Below, one piece after another: positions 21,490-32,000 of a stretch of 64,000 nucleotides of DNA. Origin of the DNA: an uncultured Verrucomicrobiae bacterium (lineage in GTDB: Bacteria > Verrucomicrobiota > Verrucomicrobiia > Limisphaerales > Palsa-1400); assembly GCA_963707025.1 (NCBI GenBank), contig CAVPOM010000018.1:1-64000 (forward strand), written 5' to 3'. Positions within the stretch are counted from its first letter, which is position 1. Each line of letters begins with the position of its first letter. The notes below the pieces were generated by a model, which was not told the origin of the DNA, ran no database searches, and was given only the letters and a program-made list of their open reading frames with translations. A program made the position numbers and the translations under genes.

Positions 21490-21521
21490 ACATTAAACCA
21501 CCGGTGTTACCAGATTGTTAC
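21490..21521 (-). promoter_or_regulatory. direct-repeat box GTAACA-N5-GTAACA, followed 9 nt later by -10 TAATGT
   Basis: Minus strand GGTAACAATCTGGTAACACCGGTGGTTTAATGT. Confidence 0.6.
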
Positions 21522-21655
21522 CGGCTTGTCCGTTTATCGTGACGGAGACCAATGTCCTCATTTGAGAAACGGCGACGACATGGGCAGGGTTTCGGGGCAC
21601 GCAATTGACGCTGAATCGGCTTGAAATCTGGATGCGAAGATGTCAAAATGGTTGT

Positions 21656-21874
21656 ATGAAACAACTAACCGCGATCATCCATCAAGGGGAGCCGAAGGAA
21701 GGAGGTTTCTGGGCGACCTGTTTGGAAGTGCCAGGGGCCAATGGACAAGGTGAAACCAAGGATGAATGCCTGCGCAACCTTGCCCAAGCTGTTCAACTTC
21801 TGCTGGACACGGGGCGGGAAGAAGCCTTGCGTCTCGACCCCCAGGCAGAGACGGCGGAACTGTTGCTGGCATGA
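21656..21874 (+). CDS. hicB: HicB-family antitoxin (short form)
   Basis: GGFWATCLEVPGANGQGETKDECLRNLAQAV. Confidence 0.85.
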   Translation: MKQLTAIIHQGEPKEGGFWATCLEVPGANGQGETKDECLRNLAQAVQLLLDTGREEALRLDPQAETAELLLA

Positions 21875-22065
21875 AACGCCGGGCCTTGCTCGGCCATCTA
21901 AGCGAACATGGCTGCAAGCCGGTGCGGGAGGGCGGCAGCCATTCCATTTGGAGCAATCCTCAAACGGGCCGCAAGGAATCCATTCCCCGGCACAACGAAA
22001 TCAAGAAACACTTGGCGCGTACCATCTGCCGCAATCTTTCCGTTCCGGTCCCGCCCGGCGATTAA
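21871..22065 (+). CDS. hicA: HicA-family mRNA interferase toxin
   Basis: REGGSHSIW...IPRHNEI...ARTICRNL; ATGA overlap with hicB. Confidence 0.88.
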   Translation: MKRRALLGHLSEHGCKPVREGGSHSIWSNPQTGRKESIPRHNEIKKHLARTICRNLSVPVPPGD

Positions 22066-22552
22066 CGCGCCGGCGTCACGCCGGTGTCAATGCCGGACAG
22101 CGGGGAAGTCCCGAATGGCCAGGTCTATAGGGCGGACTCGTTAAAGTGCTGGGTGTCCCGCAATTGGTTTGGAGTGGTGGGCAGATTTCACGGCCAAGCT
22201 GTTTTGCAACGTCGAGTTCTGGATTGCCAGCCCGCCGCAGTTCGCAGAGCGAAGGAGGGAACGTCTGCCGACAATGATCGGGTCTTCTGAGATTATCGCC
22301 ATTGTAATTCCGGATTCCCGCCTTGATCCAATTAGCCATAAGCACTTGCAGTCCAACTGATTACGATTTGCAGTGCGCAAAAGTATAGGTTGACCCATTT
22401 GACTTTGACTTAGACGGCCCCCCATTGGAAGCAGCCAGCCGAGAGCGAGAGGCTAGGAATGCACGACAAAAGGACTTGAAAACATCTCAATCCTGATTGG
22501 TCGCGGGGCCACGGTGGCTTGTCTCTCAGCCTCTGACCGCATTTTAATATGG

Positions 22553-23168
22553 ACACCCTCAAACTTAAGGAATATGACTTTCGACACTCCGATGAGCCTT
22601 ACACAAATAATTGCGAATTATGGTTTAGAAATCGCAAGCGTGGCCCTGGGTGCTCTCTTGAGTGCGATTCTACAAAATCTTGACAAAATCAGGGAGTGGT
22701 TTCCCAGGGTTCGTCATTTCAATGGAGAATGGTTTGGGGAATGAAAGGAGTACAGCTCTCTTCATGAAATGTTTGAAGTTGGAAATGACGAGGTTCGCTT
22801 GAGGGAACGAAGCCGTAGAAAGGGCGAGGTGGCAATCGAGGGTACAATAACAACATTAGCGATGAAGACAGTCCGTGCTTGGACAGTCAAAGGAACGTAT
22901 TACGAAAATTATGATTTACTTCTCCTCACTTATCGTCCCGAGGAGCCACGTTAAACGTGGAAGCTTTGGAACCATTTTGCTCAAGGGCCGGCCGCAAGAT
23001 GGTGTGTTGATGGGCTGCTGGCTCGGACCTGATCCCGACGAAAAAAGTTTCATGGCAGGACCATATGTATTGGCGCGAGATTTAAAGGAACCCGAAAAGA
23101 ATCCTCGGATTAAGAAGTGGATGGACCAGCACTGCCACTCCCAAAAGTGGTCGACGGGGCCATCATGA
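22553..23168 (+). pseudogene. lower-GC gene remnant: TM segment plus beta-strand-rich domain, with in-frame TGA (22742-22744) and frameshift near 22945
   Basis: ORFs 22514..22744 and 22769..22954 share a frame across one TGA (FNGEWFGE*KEY); ORF 22875..23168 continues it. Confidence 0.5.
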
Positions 23169-23225
23169 TATTGTGTTTTTTTTAGATTTTCCTATTTAAG
23201 GCGAGGGTTTCGACACCTGAAGGGC

Positions 23226-23272
23226 GTTTGGCGAGACGCCGAACGCGGCGGTCGAGACGACCGCGCTCCCCA
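23226..23272. repeat. double-hairpin REP-like element with short AGA loops
   Basis: ggcg-aga-cgcc and gcggtcg-aga-cgaccgc, followed by gctcccc. Confidence 0.45.
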
Positions 23273-23420
23273 AACACCCGCGGTTTGCGGGTTCAAAATC
23301 AAGTGTATCATAAGCGAAGACATGGCCGGTGAGGGCGCCGGCCACTACATCCCGATTCGGAATCGGGACGTGTGCTTATAGTCCCTCCCCGAATTAGGAC
23401 ACTGCCTGACGGCGGCACCG

Positions 23421-24664
23421 TCAGGATTGGGGCAGGGAAAGAAACCAGGGTGTCGTGACCAGCCCGGCCCAACTGCCGGGCTTGTGGTTGGCCAGGAATA
23501 CTTTGCGCAGCGTCTGGTCGTAGGGTGTCAGCGCGGTCCACAACACGCCGGGACTGTCCTTCCAGCGCGGGTCAGCCTCGCCGCCGTCCATTCTTTGAAA
23601 GGCCGCGCCCTGCACTTTTTGATTCCACATGAAATCGCGATTGGTCGCGATAAGACGGGCCAGGTCGTCCTGGTCAAAGACCAGCCCGTGCTCGCGAGCA
23701 CAGACGATGGCCTCGAGATCAATGCCATAGTAGCCGCCGTTGGGATGGACGCCCACCCAATGTTTGGGGTCGCCGCCGCTTTTGTAATCCCAGGGGCCGG
23801 CGGCTCCCAATAATTCCAGACGAAGAATTTGCCGTTGTCCCGGGTTTTCATGCGCGATTTCATGAGACGAAACCACTTTTCCGCGCGCGTTTTGTAAGCG
23901 GGCTTGCCCGTGACATCGTGCAGCGCCAGCAGCCAGAGAGCAACGGCGTTGGCCTTGTTGTCGGGATGAGAGAAGCCGGTGGCGGGATCGTTTCTTTTGG
24001 CGTAGCCGTCGGACCATTGGCCGGTGGAGGCGTCCAGGCCAAAGGGCAAAACAATGGAAATAGCGCCGCCGTTGGCCGTGTCGCGCCAAGCGCCGCGCTG
24101 GTCCCATTTCAGGAATATTTGTTCGGAAAGTTTGAGGTAACTTTCCGCCTTGGCCAGATACTTTGGCTGGAGGGCGGGGTCTTTGAGAATTTGGCCGGCC
24201 ATGAGCGTGACGGGCCGCAGGGCCATGGCTTCGCCCAGCAGACTGTCGGCGTTGTAAGAGTTGAGTTGGTCTGTGTCGGTGCCGGCCGCATCCCGTTTTG
24301 GCCAGCCGGTGAAACCGTCCGGCTCGGTCAGGCCGCGGCGCACCCAGGCATCGGTCCAATCCGCCAGCCGGTCCACCCACTCGGTCTGGCGCGTGGCCAG
24401 CCAGCCGTAGTAAAAACCGTTGAGGAACGGGCTGATGAGCCAGCCGATTTCCTCGCCCAATTCCTTGTCGCAGGAGCGGGAGCGCGCGTCGTTGCGGATA
24501 GATTGCTGCCATTGCTCCAGCCACGATTTGGCCAGGGCCGGTTCGATCCACGGCGGCGCGCCTTGGGCCGGGGCCGCCCGGGCCTGGCCGCGGCTGAAAG
24601 CCGGCGCGGCGGCCAGGGCGAGGGCTGTGCCGGAAAGATCCTTGAGAAACTGGCGCCGATTCAT
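23421..24664 (-). CDS. Tat-exported protein of unknown function, with apparent frameshift near 23790
   Basis: MNRRQFLK twin-arginine signal; Trp/Tyr-rich helical body; C-terminus lies in ORF 23421..24815. Confidence 0.65.
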
Positions 24665-24759
24665 GGCGTAATGTGGCGGCAGCGCCGCGCCTGGGCAAGG
24701 AAAAGAGAATCCATTTTCCGCGTTTGACTTGAGGGGCGGGGAAATTTAGACTGGGGGAA

Positions 24760-25809
24760 ATGTTGGTTGTTGAACCCAGTCCGGCTGCCGCTCCCGCGGC
24801 AGCCCCGCCGCCCAAGCCGCCACCGGTCTGGACTCAAATTGTCCAGTCGGTGGAGCCGTTTTTGCAGGGCGTGGCCGCGCGGTTGGTGGCCCAAGCGAAT
24901 GAGTTTGAACCGCAAATCCTGGCCTATGCCCAATACGCGCTGACGGCGCAGGGAAAACAGTTGCGCCCGGTGCTGGTGGCGCTGAGCGGCGAGGCGGCCG
25001 GAGGATTGAACGACTCGCATCTGACGGTGGCGGTGATTATCGAGATGGTTCATCTGGCCACCCTGGTGCATGACGATATTATTGATGAGGCCGATTTGCG
25101 ACGGGGCCGGCCGAGTCTGGCGGCCAATTGGGGGACGGAAGTTTCGGTGCTGTTGGGGGACTGTCTATTCGCCCATGCCTTGAAGCTGGCGGCCAGTTTT
25201 CCGACGCCGGCAATTTGCCGCGAGGTGGCTTCGGCCACGAACACGGTTTGCGCCGGGGAAATTTTGCAGACGCGCAGCCGGGGGAATTTCGAGGTGGCGC
25301 GCAGCCATTACTTCAAGATGCTGGCCATGAAAACGGCCGAGCTTTTTGCGTTGTCCTGCCACTTGGGCGGACTGCTGAGCAAGGCGACGGCGCCGCGCCG
25401 GGAAGCCTTGCGCCAATACGGGCTGGCCCTGGGCACGGCCTACCAATTGTACGATGACTGCCTGGATGTGCTGGGTTGCGAAGCGGTGGCGGGCAAGTCG
25501 CTCGGGGCCGATTTGGCCAAGGGCAAAATGACGCTGCCGGTGTTGATGGTGCGGGACCGCGCCCGGCCGGAGGACCGGCAGCAATTGCGGGAATGGCTGC
25601 AGAACTGGGACCCGGCCAATCTGGCCGGTCTGGTGGCCCTGATCGAAAAATACGATGCGTTCACCGAATCCCGCACCGTGATTCAACACTATTTGTCCGC
25701 CGCGCGACAGGCCCTGGCGGCGTTGCCGGCGTCGGAAGGGCGGGCCAAGCTGGCGGGATTGACGCATTATTTGGCGGAACAAACGGCCGCGCTGGGGGTT
25801 GTGTATTAG
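24760..25809 (+). CDS. polyprenyl (octa/heptaprenyl) diphosphate synthase
   Basis: GKQLRP, LVHDDIIDEADLRRG, KTA, YQLYDDCLD; preceded by TTGACT-17-TAGACT (24724-24752). Confidence 0.92.
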   Translation: MLVVEPSPAAAPAAAPPPKPPPVWTQIVQSVEPFLQGVAARLVAQANEFEPQILAYAQYALTAQGKQLRPVLVALSGEAAGGLNDSHLTVAVIIEMVHLATLVHDDIIDEADLRRGRPSLAANWGTEVSVLLGDCLFAHALKLAASFPTPAICREVASATNTVCAGEILQTRSRGNFEVARSHYFKMLAMKTAELFALSCHLGGLLSKATAPRREALRQYGLALGTAYQLYDDCLDVLGCEAVAGKSLGADLAKGKMTLPVLMVRDRARPEDRQQLREWLQNWDPANLAGLVALIEKYDAFTESRTVIQHYLSAARQALAALPASEGRAKLAGLTHYLAEQTAALGVVY

Positions 25810-25875
25810 AACGATTGAGAGCGAGATCCCTGATGTAACCCATTGCTGCGTACGAAAGCAGAACTCGAAAAACCG

Positions 25876-26493
25876 ATGCGCGCCCTGTCCATCCCGGAGC
25901 CGGACCCAACGCCGGCCGCCCAACCGGAGGACGACTTGGCACTGGTTCGCCGCGCCCAGCGCGACGACACCTCGGCCTACGATGAGCTGGTCCGGCGCTA
26001 TCAGGAACGCATTTACGCCACGGTCTATCACATGACCTCCAACCACGAGGACGCCAACGACCTGGCCCAGGAGGCGTTCATCAAGGGGTATCGCGCCCTC
26101 AAATCGTTCAAGGGGGATTCGAGCTTCTACACCTGGGTCTATCGCATCGCCGTGAACAAGACCATCAACTTCCTCAAACAACGCAAGAACCGGGTGCAAA
26201 TGAGCCTGAACGACATGGATTTCAACGCCGAGCACGACCCGGACCTGTTGGCGCTGGTTTCGCACAACACGCCGCGGCGGGACCTGGGCCTGGCGGAATT
26301 GCAGGAAAAATTGAACGCGGCCATGCAAAAGCTGTCAGAACACCACAGAATGGTAGTAGTATTGCACGACATCCAGGGGCTGTCCCACGAGGAAATCGGG
26401 GCGATCATGGATTGCAACGTGGGCACGGTGCGTTCCCGCTTGTTCTACGCCCGGCAACAGTTACAAGCCTGGCTGGCCGATTATTTGCAATAA
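25876..26493 (+). CDS. ECF RNA polymerase sigma factor (RpoE-like)
   Basis: DLAQEAFIK, SSFYTWVYRIAVN, GTVRSRLFYAR. Confidence 0.92.
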   Translation: MRALSIPEPDPTPAAQPEDDLALVRRAQRDDTSAYDELVRRYQERIYATVYHMTSNHEDANDLAQEAFIKGYRALKSFKGDSSFYTWVYRIAVNKTINFLKQRKNRVQMSLNDMDFNAEHDPDLLALVSHNTPRRDLGLAELQEKLNAAMQKLSEHHRMVVVLHDIQGLSHEEIGAIMDCNVGTVRSRLFYARQQLQAWLADYLQ

Positions 26494-26498
26494 ACCGC

Positions 26499-26954
26499 AT
26501 GGACCCACAATCAAAACCGACAGTCAAGGTGGAGCGGATCATCGCCTTGAAACGCTATGAGCAGCCGCCGCCCGGTTATTTCCACCTGCTGCCCGACCGC
26601 ATCATCAACCGCATCGAATATGGCGAAGGCCAGCCCAGCTTTTGGGAAAGATGGTGGCCGGCCTTCCGCGTCCGGCCCGTGCTGGCTTATGCCTTGGGCC
26701 TGGCGGTTGGCGGTGCCCTGACGGCGGGTTTTTATTTTTCGCCCAAAATGGAGCAGACCGTCGGCGCCGCCGACCCGCCCCCCGGCAACCAGTGGGCCGT
26801 GGCGTCGTCCAGTGCCGCCACCGGGGATGCCTCCCTGGGCGGCTCCCGCTGGCTCGGCAGCACCAATCCGGTCACGGCGCCCCCAACCGGCGACTCCCTT
26901 TTCCTTTCTCCTGAAGCGCATGCCATCCCTGTTTCCCTGTTCCTGGGGAATTAG
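26499..26954 (+). CDS. putative single-TM anti-sigma factor
   Basis: Immediately downstream of the ECF sigma; ALKRYEQPPPGYF, one TM segment. Confidence 0.55.
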   Translation: MDPQSKPTVKVERIIALKRYEQPPPGYFHLLPDRIINRIEYGEGQPSFWERWWPAFRVRPVLAYALGLAVGGALTAGFYFSPKMEQTVGAADPPPGNQWAVASSSAATGDASLGGSRWLGSTNPVTAPPTGDSLFLSPEAHAIPVSLFLGN

Positions 26955-26979
26955 CCCGTGGGGCGGGCTGATGTTAGCA

Positions 26980-27558
26980 TCATTTGACTACCAGATCGTC
27001 CGGGGTCCACATGATTTTGTCCGGACCAGCGGAATGGATTTCCATGTCTGAGCCGGAAATCTGATGGAAAAAATAGGGCGTGCCCCACGCGTCCACCAAT
27101 TCGCCGCCGGCATTGATGCGCATGCCGGGTTGGGGATTAAGGAAGTTGATGTGCCTGGGGTTGTCGCCGCTCAGTTGGCTGGTGATTTCAGGATTGGTGC
27201 CCACGGGGTTTCCGCCAAACATTTCGCCATATTGGCGGACCGCCCGCCGGACATTTTGCAGGGCGGTTTCCGGCGGCACCCCGGTGCGCGGACTGGAATC
27301 GGGAATGAGTTCGCCCGCCCTGGCGGCCAGACCTTGCGCCGGCGCCTGGTTGGGCGACGGCATGATGGCCGGTGAATGCAAGCCCGTGCCCGCAGTCGGA
27401 ACGGAAGGAACCACCGATGAAGTTCCGGCCAGGCTGGCGGCGGAGTTTTGAGCGGCAGAAGCAACCAACGCCGGCTCTGTTTTATTTGGATTGGGCAAAT
27501 AATACAGCGCCAAGGCGATGAGCAATAAAAGCGCAGCGAGGCCAACGCGCTGTTTCAT
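26980..27558 (-). CDS. membrane-anchored protein with a GspG/pseudopilin-like C-terminus
   Basis: LVDAWGTPYFF...IHSAGPD motif; overlaps the DUF1501 gene stop. Confidence 0.6.
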   Translation of the reverse strand: MKQRVGLAALLLLIALALYYLPNPNKTEPALVASAAQNSAASLAGTSSVVPSVPTAGTGLHSPAIMPSPNQAPAQGLAARAGELIPDSSPRTGVPPETALQNVRRAVRQYGEMFGGNPVGTNPEITSQLSGDNPRHINFLNPQPGMRINAGGELVDAWGTPYFFHQISGSDMEIHSAGPDKIMWTPDDLVVK

Positions 27559-29036
27559 ATAAAGCCCAGATTCGGCGTTGCGAATCGCCCCAGATTTGGA
27601 AAGACAGTCGAAAGATTGCCGTTGTCCACGCCAAACCAGGTGGCGAGGGTGGCAAAGTATTGGTCTATGGCGGTCGTTGGAATCCAGCGGCCGGTGCTGG
27701 TGTCGTTGGGGCCGTTGATGGTGAGGACGGGAAAGGTGCCGTAAGTTCGCTGGCCGTTGACCGCACCGCCCAGGATCAGGTGATGGCTGCCCCAGCCGTG
27801 GTCACTGCCCTGTCCGTTGCTGGGGAAAGTGCGGCCAAAATCGCTGGCGGTAAAGCTGGTCACGTTGTTGGAAAGGCCAAGCTGCTCCATGGCGCGCTGA
27901 AAGGCGAACATGGACTGGCTCAGTTCCGCCAGCAGGTTGGTGTGCGCGCCGAACAGCACATCGTTGGGCGTGTTGGCGTTGTAATCGGTCTGGCCGGTAT
28001 GCAGATCGTAGCCGCCGATCTGGCAGAAAAAAATCTGGCGTTTCATGCCAAAGCCGCCGGAGGCGGCCGGGGTGTTGCCGGCGGCGATCAAGCGCGCGAC
28101 CATTTGCAGTTGCGGACTCAAGGCGGAGTTAAAAGCCGCGCCGCCTTCGGGCGGAGTGATTTTCACCGGAAAAGGGGTCGTCCAATAATTGCCCGCCGTG
28201 GCGGCGATGGCGGAGTTTAAGAGGCTGCCGGTGTTGATGGTATGTTCGGCCACCGCCGCGTAGGCCTGGGATTGGAGGTTGGTGTAAGGCAGGCCGAGGA
28301 TGTTCAACAACGTTGGCAACCGGTTGGTATTGGCTCCGCCGGAGGGAGTGGAGGGCAGGCTTAATGAAATCGCGCCCGAAGTGGAAACGGAATATTGCGA
28401 GACGACGTTGCCGACTTCAAAAGTATTTGCGCCGGCCAGCGTCACCATCAGCGAAATGGGCGCGCCGGGTTGAATGGAGGCGAGCAAATCGGCGCAACGC
28501 CCGCCCCACCCGGTCAGCGGCGGCTGGTCGGGAATGGACGTCTGCCATTGCGTCTGCTGGTCAGCATGCGAAAAAAGCTGGGGCGGAGTGGCGGTGGAGC
28601 CGGCCAGATACTGGGCGCGGGTAATGGGATAAACCAGCGTGCCGGTGTTGAACAAAAAGGCCAGCTTGCCTTCGCCAAACAGCGTCTGCAGTTCGGGGCA
28701 GCTCGGATGCAAACCATAGGTGTGGCCATCGCCGTCCAGAGACGTGACCGGCAGAATGGCGCTTTGGGGAATGGCCAGCACGGGAGAGCGGATGGCGGCG
28801 TAATTGCCGTATTCGGACGGGATGGTCGGGAGGATGAGATTGTTGGAGTCGTTGCCGCCCTGCAGGAAGATGCAGACCAGCGCCTTGTAGTCGGTGATGT
28901 TGGATTGGGCGACGGCGGCGTTCATAAACCGCAGATCGCGGATGGCCGAGGTCATGGCGACGGTGCCGACGGCCGCGCAGGCGGCCCGCCGAATAAACTG
29001 GCGCCGCGTCACCCCGGAAAATTGGTTGTGGCTCAT
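27555..29036 (-). CDS. DUF1501 family Tat-exported protein
   Basis: TRRQFI, KALVCIFLQGGNDS, LFSHADQ, GGYDLH, SDFGRT, GSDHGWG. Confidence 0.88.
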   Translation of the reverse strand: MSHNQFSGVTRRQFIRRAACAAVGTVAMTSAIRDLRFMNAAVAQSNITDYKALVCIFLQGGNDSNNLILPTIPSEYGNYAAIRSPVLAIPQSAILPVTSLDGDGHTYGLHPSCPELQTLFGEGKLAFLFNTGTLVYPITRAQYLAGSTATPPQLFSHADQQTQWQTSIPDQPPLTGWGGRCADLLASIQPGAPISLMVTLAGANTFEVGNVVSQYSVSTSGAISLSLPSTPSGGANTNRLPTLLNILGLPYTNLQSQAYAAVAEHTINTGSLLNSAIAATAGNYWTTPFPVKITPPEGGAAFNSALSPQLQMVARLIAAGNTPAASGGFGMKRQIFFCQIGGYDLHTGQTDYNANTPNDVLFGAHTNLLAELSQSMFAFQRAMEQLGLSNNVTSFTASDFGRTFPSNGQGSDHGWGSHHLILGGAVNGQRTYGTFPVLTINGPNDTSTGRWIPTTAIDQYFATLATWFGVDNGNLSTVFPNLGRFATPNLGFI

Positions 29037-29040
29037 AAAA

Positions 29041-32000
29041 TCATTTTTGGATGATGAAATCAGGAGAGCTGGCGATCAGGTGAATCACGGCGCGGACGCG
29101 GTCGCGCATCTGCGTTTGCGTGGGCGGCGAACTGTAGGGGAAGTTACTGGCGGTGGCGACATAGTTGACAATGCCCGTCCTGGCGGCGGGGGACAACTGG
29201 CCGGCCAGCAGCAGCGCATTGAGTCCGTCCACCAGACCCGGGATGCCGGCATCGGCCGTGTAAGCCGCCGTCATCCACGGGCCGATGTCCAGGACGATGG
29301 AGCCGTTGCCCCCGGTGAAACTGCTCAAGCCATTGGTGTTGCCCGTATTGTTCAAAAGGCCGCCTTCGAGCGAAATTCATTTGCAGCGCCACGCTGCTGT
29401 CGGAGGTCAGTTGAAATTCCGGCGTGGTCAATCCGGCCGAGGCCAGCGGGCCGGGGAATTCGTAGCCCGGATAAAAGAAATTAAACACGGTCGGCGAGCG
29501 CAGCGGCGATTGTGACAGGCTGGAAGAAGTCCCCGTATCGGTGTAGCTCATGTTCCAGGTGTCCTCCCGCACCAGGACGGCGCCGTTGCGCGCCAACGGC
29601 GGTGCGACCAGCGGATAAACCGAGAGGCTGTTTTCATTCTGGCTGGCCGAATTGGCCGAGGTGACGGTGAAGTGGGTCGCGTCGGGCACGCTCGCCACCG
29701 GGTAAGTTCCGCTGACCGCGGAGCCGGAAGTGAAGTTGATGAAGACGTTGTTGCCCGCGCTCAAACCGTGCGGTCCGGTGGTGCTGACCGTAATGCTGGT
29801 CCCGACCTGCGTGTAACCGCCCACGGACAGTTTTGGCATGAGGCAACTGCCCGGCGTGCTGAACCAAATCCGCGTTCGTGACGGTGAAATGCGACGCATC
29901 CACCACGCTGGCGACCTGGAACAACCCGCTCAAGGCGCCGCCGGTGGTGAACACCAGGTAAAGCGGATCGCCCGCCGCCAAGCCATGGCCTGAAATGGCG
30001 GCGGTGATGATGCCGTTGGTTTGGCCGTAGCTGCCGGTGGCAAGTTGCGTCGCATTGACGGTGAACGTCGTCGGGCTGGTTGCGGTCACGCTGTAAGCTT
30101 GCGCATTGCGGCGCGGGATTTCCGGAAGTATCCGTGAAATTGAGCCACACGGTGTCGCCGTTATTCAAGCGATGCGGACTGGGAGTTGTGACGGTGATGA
30201 GCTGGTTGGTGGTCTGGCTGTAGGTGCCGCTGATGGCGGGTGGCGCGGGAAAGGCGCGCGCGACCGCGGTGACGCGGAGGAGCGGCTCGCGTTGTTTGCC
30301 GTAGGTCGGCTGGGAAATCAGGTCCGGGCTGCGCGCTTCGTAATCCAGCAGAATCGCCTGGACGACGGCCTGGAGGTTGCCCCGGACGCCGGTGCCGTCA
30401 TCGTTGAAAACCTGGGCGACGCGATAAACATAATCCCGGCTCGGGATTGCTGGTGACCAGGCGCTGGATGAGTTGACGGCAGATGAACGGGGCGACGTTC
30501 TGGTTGTTGAAGATGCCATTCAAGCGCGGATTCCAAATCCTGCGAACAATAAGCGTCGTTGCTGGCCGAGGAGACGGCCTGGCCGCCCCAGGCCGGCGGG
30601 AGCATGACATTGTCGAGCAATAATTTTGCGCCGAGCTCGTGATGGGCCGGCACCAGCACCATCGGGTTGGTGTAGTTGGCGCCCGGATACCAGTTGGACG
30701 GCAGGCGTCCGTTGGCCTGGTTGGTCTGATAATAATTCCAGCCGGTAAAGACGCTGGCAAAGCCCATGACGACATTTTGATTGTAAGTCGGCACCAGGTT
30801 GTCCTGGGCATTGAGGATCAAGGTGCCATCCGGCCATTGCCGGTTCAGGCCAATGGAAAACAACTGCTGGACTTCGCGCGCGTAATTCTCATTGGCATGG
30901 ATGCCGGTGATGATGCTGCCCGCGTCGTTGCCCAGCATGCCCAAATACAAGCCCATGGACGGATGGAGGGTGACGGCTTCCAGCAGGGAGCGGTAATTGC
31001 CAAAGGCATGGTCCAGCAGCATATCGTAGTAGGAGGAAAGCGCGTCGGCATGGTTCTGGAGCGTGCCATTTTCAGAGACGACAAAGATCTCGCTCAAGGC
31101 GAAGGCGACGCGCTGGCGCAATTGGTCCGGGGCGGTGATGGATTGCCGCCACCAGGTGTTGAACCACAAAGGGCTTTGATAAAGATCGGTTGGGTCCGAG
31201 TTCGGATTGGCCAGCACATTGCTCAAGCAATGCGTGGCGGGGAGGGAAAACTGATTGGCCAGCCAGTTGCTGTAACCGAGCGCCTGCACGGCGGCGATGT
31301 CGTTGGAGCTTGCGCCAAAGGTCGCCTGGGTCAGGAAGCGGGCGGCCGCGCTGGCATTGGCGGAATCATCCGTCCAGGCGGGCGGCGGGGGCGGCGGGGA
31401 GAACGTCTGCGAGCCGTTGGCCAGAGTGAAATGGCCGCCGATTTCGCCATTGGCAAAAGCGGTGGTTTCGATGACGATGGCGGCCTTGCCCTCATTGATG
31501 ATTTCCAAAATGTCCGGCGCCGCCAGAGGGCCGGTGGCTTTAATTTTCCAGAGATAGCTGCCGTCGGCCTGCGGCTTGGCGGCGGAAATGTCAAAGATCA
31601 GTTCGCCCGGATCGCTCAAATAGGGATCCGAATTGATGGACTGGCCGGTGGGAGCGCCCGACAGGTTGTTGTCCGAATAATTCAAGGCGGCCTGGGAACC
31701 GTCCGCACTGACCCGCAAGGTGGCCGAGCCGACGCCCTGGCTGACCACCCCAGGCAGCGCCAGCAGGTTGGCGGTGTAAAGCGTGCCGGGAGTATTGGCC
31801 GGCAACGGCGGATAATAGCGCGACAACAGATAACCCGGCACCACGCCGGCGGGGGTGGTGTTGGTCCCGGTCGGGTCTTGCATCCAGCCCACCGACCAGT
31901 TGTCGCCCGCGCCGGCGCCCGCCTTGTGCAAAACCTCGAGGTAGTATTGCTGGCCGGCGACGAGCGCGAGCCAGGGGGATTGCTGGCTGGCTTGCACATT

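Noticed and set aside
22066..22440. Possible tRNA or att site at the edge of the lower-GC islet
   Set aside because: I found no cloverleaf, T-loop/CCA signature or flanking direct repeat.
22742..22744. In-frame TGA as selenocysteine or an alternative genetic code
   Set aside because: The context fits Trp rather than Cys, I saw no SECIS-like hairpin, and TGA is used as a normal stop throughout the window.
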